Virus record (IMG/VR): IMGVR_UViG_3300007754_000002
Direction: 5' to 3' (one strand)
Length of the DNA: 36,718 bases
DNA from: an uncultured virus (IMG/VR IMGVR_UViG_3300007754_000002)
Taxonomy: Duplodnaviria > Heunggongvirae > Uroviricota > Caudoviricetes
Below, piece by piece: positions 33,183 to 36,718 of the stretch (positions are counted from its first letter, which is position 1; the number at the start of each line of letters is the position of its first letter). The position numbers were made by a program, and so were the translations under genes. Under the pieces are notes generated by a model, which was not told where the DNA came from, made no database searches, and was given only the letters and a program-made list of their open reading frames with translations.

Positions 33183-33390
33183 TCGATAGAGTGTGCTGTT
33201 ACGCCAAAGACGGGGATCTAAGCCGGCAATTGCTTCCCCACGGTCCTACCGCTCCTATCCCCACGGGTAATCCCCTACACCCAAGACGCCACCTACCGGC
33301 GAGGTTTGTCGTTGGGATTCGGTCCTATGGTGGTCCCGTGGTTAAGCCACTCATCAAGGCTGGCTGCTTCTAAGCCCACCGCTCTATCGA
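33183..33390 (-). ncRNA. 23S rRNA H43/H44 (GTPase-associated centre) mimic RNA
   Basis: GGCTTAGAAGCAGCCA (33376-33361) and GCGTAACAGC (33204-33195) enclosed by the 9-bp stem TCGATAGAG/CTCTATCGA. Confidence 0.8.
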
Positions 33391-33393
33391 TGA

Positions 33394-33539
33394 CCGGGGA
33401 GGTAGGGATCGAACCTACACCTCTTATGCTTGTGGGATAATCGCGGGCCTCCTTGGAACAGGAGGGAGTGCGGTAGCCTGATCGCGGTTTTTCAACCTGG
33501 AATTAAGTTCCAGTGCTCTGCCAATTGAGCTACTCCCCG
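33394..33539 (-). ncRNA. giant-insert tRNA-like RNA C (loop ACTTAAT)
   Basis: Acceptor CGGGGAG/CTCCCCG, D and T arms, insert ending CCCACAAGCATAAG. Confidence 0.75.
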
Positions 33540-33543
33540 GTAA

Positions 33544-33618
33544 TGGTACACCCGGCAGGACTTGAACCTGCAACCTCTCGGTTCGTAGCCGAGAACTCTT
33601 CCATTGAGCTACGGGTGC
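33544..33618 (-). tRNA. tRNA-Arg(ACG)
   Basis: Loop CT-ACG-AA, ACCA end. Confidence 0.92.
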
Positions 33619-33713
33619 CCAGGATCAGAGGGCAGCTCCCGAAGGAGGCTGCACCTCGTCACCTTGCTGCCCTCGCTTGGGTGGCGAGGGCTCTTGTCGA
33701 ATTCATATTCAAG

Positions 33714-33726
33714 CTGTCAAAGACGG
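33714..33726 (-). promoter_or_regulatory. boxA-like antitermination site
   Basis: CCGTCTTTGACAG near the head of the RNA array; same TCTTTGACA core as upstream of tmRNA. Confidence 0.5.
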
Positions 33727-33759
33727 TCGCAAGACGTTGTACGACGAAGTCGCGACCAA

Positions 33760-33831
33760 TACACCCGGCAGGATTTGAACCTGCGACCCCAGCCTTCGGA
33801 GGGCTGTGCTCTTCCACTGAGCTACGAGTGT
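33760..33831 (-). tRNA. tRNA-Arg(CCG)
   Basis: Loop CT-CCG-AA. Confidence 0.9.
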
Positions 33832-33850
33832 CTGGGGGCCTCTAAACGCC

Positions 33851-33885
33851 GAAACCCCGGTCTGCTTGGTGCTGACCGGGGTTTC
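33851..33885 (-). terminator. attenuator terminator hairpin
   Basis: 12-bp stem GAAACCCCGGTC/GACCGGGGTTTC; competing GACCGGGG (33934-33927) inside the leader ORF. Confidence 0.65.
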
Positions 33886-33911
33886 TGGCTGAGTGCCTAT
33901 GGTGGTAGGAC

Positions 33912-34040
33912 TTACCTCACTTCCATCCCCGGTCGTGCGGGACCGATCCGCTGATCATTCCCTCGCTTGACCACACAGGTCATCGCGGCGGCGGGCTTCG
34001 CCGTGGTCGCGGTGACGGGGATGGTGGTCAGGGAGGACAT
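33912..34040 (-). CDS. putative leader peptide (42 aa)
   Basis: MSSLTTIPVTATTAKPAAAMTCVVKRGNDQRIGPARPGMEVR, ending 26 nt before the terminator hairpin. Confidence 0.6.
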   Translation of the reverse strand: MSSLTTIPVTATTAKPAAAMTCVVKRGNDQRIGPARPGMEVR

Positions 34041-34124
34041 TGAAGAGCGGTTCCTGTTGTCGGGCGACTGACGCCCTCGGTGTGCTCTATCCTTACACCA
34101 GCCCTACCTGCCCCGCAACCCCTC

Positions 34125-34199
34125 TTGTCGCGTTTTTTCCGGCGACCTCCCGTATCCCTCTGGATTCACGGGATCTTTTTCTCAGGTTGTCGCGTTTTT
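34125..34199. repeat. 13-bp direct repeat TTGTCGCGTTTTT (34125-34137, 34187-34199)
   Basis: Two identical copies 62 bp apart, upstream of the leader ORF. Confidence 0.6.
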
Positions 34200-34208
34200 G
34201 GCGCGTTC

Positions 34209-34823
34209 TCATTTGCCGGCGAAGGGGTCGATGACCTCCGCGGTGCCGGAGGAAAACTCCTGCTGGGTGTGCGCGGTGACGATGACGGGGTAGTCGAGGA
34301 CGGTCAGGATGCCGTCGCCGTCGAGGTCCGAGGGCGGGGCGAGCTGGCCCTTGACCTCACGGGGGAAATCCCAGAAGCCTGCGAACATAGCGTTGACCGC
34401 AGTCTGGGTGTAGGTCGCGTAGGACCGCTGGTGGTCGGTCATCACCGCCTGGGCGGTCGTCCACTCGTTGAGGCGAGCTTCCATGATGCTCTGGACCTTC
34501 TTGAAGAGATCCGGGGTGGGGTTCGGGTTCTGCTCCGTGATCCACTGCATCATGGCTTGGGAGCCGCCGTCGCCGTAGCGACCCTCCTGGGCCGCCTGGA
34601 AGATCTCGTTGAAGCTCTCCCGCTCGGCGTTGGCGACGCTGGCCGCTCCGGTGATCTGCTGGTAGGCGTTGTCCCGGACGTTCATCATGTTCTTCCAGGC
34701 CGCCTTCGCCCCTTCCTCCGCCGCGATGGCGTTGTCGTGGACGCTGAGGGCCTTTCCGAAGATGCCGAATCCGACGACGGCGACAGAACCCAGGAAAGCC
34801 AGGACGATGATCTTGCTGTTCAT
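34209..34823 (-). CDS. LemA-like membrane-anchored protein
   Basis: N-terminal TM, helical body, MMQWITEQNPN, FAGFWDFP. Confidence 0.7.
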   Translation of the reverse strand: MNSKIIVLAFLGSVAVVGFGIFGKALSVHDNAIAAEEGAKAAWKNMMNVRDNAYQQITGAASVANAERESFNEIFQAAQEGRYGDGGSQAMMQWITEQNPNPTPDLFKKVQSIMEARLNEWTTAQAVMTDHQRSYATYTQTAVNAMFAGFWDFPREVKGQLAPPSDLDGDGILTVLDYPVIVTAHTQQEFSSGTAEVIDPFAGK

Positions 34824-34859
34824 TTTTGAGAGTCCCCTTATGGGAGGTTGGACGGACGG

Positions 34860-35912
34860 CTAGAAGCGACGGCGAGAGGAGCCGCCGAAGAGATCCTTCT
34901 CGATGGCGACGAAGGAGTAGATGAAGCTGGCGGCGATGAGCAGGAACGCCTCCAGAACCAGGAACCACGTAGGGGGCTTCGCAGCCTTGAAGAGGTACTC
35001 CAGATCAGACATGGGATCCCTGTCGTACTGCTGGAGGACTACGGGCTCCATCCAGCCCAGGATGCTGGCGTGGTCGGTGACCGAGAACCCCTGCTTGGGG
35101 AGGTCGTCCCGTACCGTGATCTCCAGATCTTCGATCGAGGAGAAACTGAACGCCCTCGCCCAGGCGATATCGCTTCCGCTGGTACCCAGAACCAGGGTGA
35201 GCTGATTCTTCGCGCCGTAGAGCCAGTCCGCAGCGATCTTCTCCGTGAAGAGGGGATCTCGATGGTCAGTCTTCACGACGACCAGGGTGATCTGCTTCTT
35301 GGCTCCCCAATCCGCGTTCCACTCCATGAGGGCGGCGTTCCACGCCTTGCTCAGCCCGATCGCGTTGTTGACCCGGTAGTGGTCGTGGATCTGCGGACGC
35401 TTGGGGCTGGCCCCCTGCATCCCCGGAGGGGGCCTCGGGATCAGGATGCTGTTGGGGTCCGCGTAGAGGTAGTTCTTGTACGAGTGAGCAACCGCGGCGG
35501 CCTCACCTACCTCGGAGTTGACCCACCGCTTCGGGTCCCTGGAGGACCCCTCACAGGTCCAGGGCTTCTTGGTGTCTCCCGTGGAGAACTTCCAGCCCCA
35601 CCAGTAGTCCATGCTGTGATCGCACTCTTCATGCGAGCGAGTGCAGTTTCCGTCGTCATCCCGGGCGTCGCAGACCGTTCGACAGTGGCAGCAGCTCTCG
35701 GTGCCGCTGATCTTCTTCGTGATCCTGCCGTTCCAGTGCTCCGTGTCCGTGACAGAGAGGTGCTTCGCCGCGTGGAAGCTACCTACTGCCAGGAGCACAC
35801 CGACCAACGCCCCGACGATGTACTCCTCGGAGGTGAACCGCTTCCCGTTGGTAAACGCCATAAACCCCATCACGACAATGGGAATCAGGCACATGGCTAT
35901 CTGGATGAGCAT
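34860..35912 (-). CDS. multi-TM membrane protein (partner of the LemA-like gene)
   Basis: Two N-terminal TMs, Cys-rich loop SCCHCRTVC, C-terminal TM; AGGAG RBS. Confidence 0.75.
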   Translation of the reverse strand: MLIQIAMCLIPIVVMGFMAFTNGKRFTSEEYIVGALVGVLLAVGSFHAAKHLSVTDTEHWNGRITKKISGTESCCHCRTVCDARDDDGNCTRSHEECDHSMDYWWGWKFSTGDTKKPWTCEGSSRDPKRWVNSEVGEAAAVAHSYKNYLYADPNSILIPRPPPGMQGASPKRPQIHDHYRVNNAIGLSKAWNAALMEWNADWGAKKQITLVVVKTDHRDPLFTEKIAADWLYGAKNQLTLVLGTSGSDIAWARAFSFSSIEDLEITVRDDLPKQGFSVTDHASILGWMEPVVLQQYDRDPMSDLEYLFKAAKPPTWFLVLEAFLLIAASFIYSFVAIEKDLFGGSSRRRF

Positions 35913-35932
35913 CTCAGGTTCTCCTGGGTTCG

Positions 35933-35959
35933 TATACGAACAGGCCGCGAATTATTCCG
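35933..35959 (-). promoter_or_regulatory. phage promoter-like motif (CGGAAT-N15-CGTATA)
   Basis: Recurring motif upstream of ORF 35912. Confidence 0.55.
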
Positions 35960-36718
35960 TCCAAGGTTCGTTTTCCAACAGAATCGCTACCTGCTTGCTG
36001 GGCAGGTGGATCAGGACTCTGAAGGAGCAGGTGGGGGTCCTATAGATCCCCTGGAGGAGGCCGGTCTTGGCTTGAATCACCTGAGCGTTCTTAGCCGGGT
36101 CTGCGTCTCCGAAGTCCCCTTGGATCGCCCGATGAACGCAGTAGGCAAAGAAGCCCTTGTCAATACTCAGCTCCCGGGTCACTTCTTGGGCCCGGGGGGA
36201 TACACGGAAAGTGTTGGGGAGCCTCATGTCCACGATCTTGTTTCTGGAGACCCGAGTCTGACCAAACCCGAATCCGGTGGCTTCCTTGGAGGGTGGCTTC
36301 ATCAGGTCCACAGCGGTGATCCACTTAGGGCGAACGACCCCCCGATAGAACCAATGGAATCGGGCCCACTCTTCTCCGCCGTCAGCTTCGATCAAGCCCG
36401 CGAGCCAGTGCCGATTTACTCGCCTAGGCGCCCAGGTGAGCCAGTGATGAAGCTTTCGTCGAGCGGAGGTCGGGATGCGGACAGTCAACCGGGCTTCGGC
36501 CTTGTCGCAATGGAGCGGGGAGACTTCCACGCCTTCGACGTGCGTGATTCCTTGAATCCGGTAGCTATGAGTCATCCAATGCTGGTTGGCATAGACCGGA
36601 TCCTCGGTCAGCCAGGGAGCCTCGATCTTCCCGCGAACAGAGATAGCCACGTCGCCCCGGTTGATACCCTGGGTCAGGATGCTGGGGACACGAGACTTCT
36701 TCGTGAAGTGGTAGAGCA
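35952..36718 (-). CDS. putative ADP-ribosyltransferase-fold protein (partial, starts beyond window)
   Basis: Frame stays open to the window end: LYHFTKKSRVPSILTQGINRGDV...PWLTEDP...WFYRGVVRPKWI. Confidence 0.55.
   Translation of the reverse strand, partial: LYHFTKKSRVPSILTQGINRGDVAISVRGKIEAPWLTEDPVYANQHWMTHSYRIQGITHVEGVEVSPLHCDKAEARLTVRIPTSARRKLHHWLTWAPRRVNRHWLAGLIEADGGEEWARFHWFYRGVVRPKWITAVDLMKPPSKEATGFGFGQTRVSRNKIVDMRLPNTFRVSPRAQEVTRELSIDKGFFAYCVHRAIQGDFGDADPAKNAQVIQAKTGLLQGIYRTPTCSFRVLIHLPSKQVAILLENEPWTE

Noticed and set aside
33183..33390. rRNA gene call
   Set aside because: Only two short 23S blocks (H43, H44) are present, split by a non-rRNA insert and flanked by tRNA-like genes; no other rRNA sequence was seen.
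32893..33539. tRNA-Sec or intron-containing tRNAs
   Set aside because: No TCA anticodon in register; the inserts sit in the variable arm, not the anticodon loop, and are too short for group I/II introns.

Overview
GC-rich segment, almost entirely minus-strand coded, that reads as part of a large (jumbo-type) bacteriophage genome (inference: dense short hypothetical ORFs, GroES, Pth2, tmRNA, tRNA array, no housekeeping operons). Left half (1-18.7 kb): accessory genes including a GHKL ATPase with an HExxH tail, a NADAR-ADP-ribosylglycohydrolase fusion coupled to CinA/PncC, GroES, a three-gene two-component cassette and Pth2. Many of these genes lie downstream of a repeated GGTAAC-N15-CGTATA promoter-like motif. 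Right half (18.8-34 kb): about 23 tRNA genes and a tmRNA (tag ANNNNNFRAAA), interleaved with unusual structured RNAs. These are (i) a 208-nt RNA with near-exact copies of 23S rRNA helix 43 and helix 44 (L11/GTPase-associated centre) split by a ~143-nt insert; (ii) three tRNA-shaped RNAs with ~70-nt inserts sharing CCCACAAGCA; (iii) two homologous ~250-nt RNAs whose tRNA-like 3' domain has an enlarged anticodon loop complementary, with a compensatory change, to an upstream segment; (iv) a circularly permuted tRNA-Ala-like RNA; and (v) a tRNA-like RNA with complementary kissing hairpins in place of the anticodon. The array is headed by a leader-peptide/terminator attenuator and a boxA-like site. 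This suggests a translation-stress-inducible RNA mimic/decoy system. All calls were made by eye and no database searches were run, so novelty is unverified.
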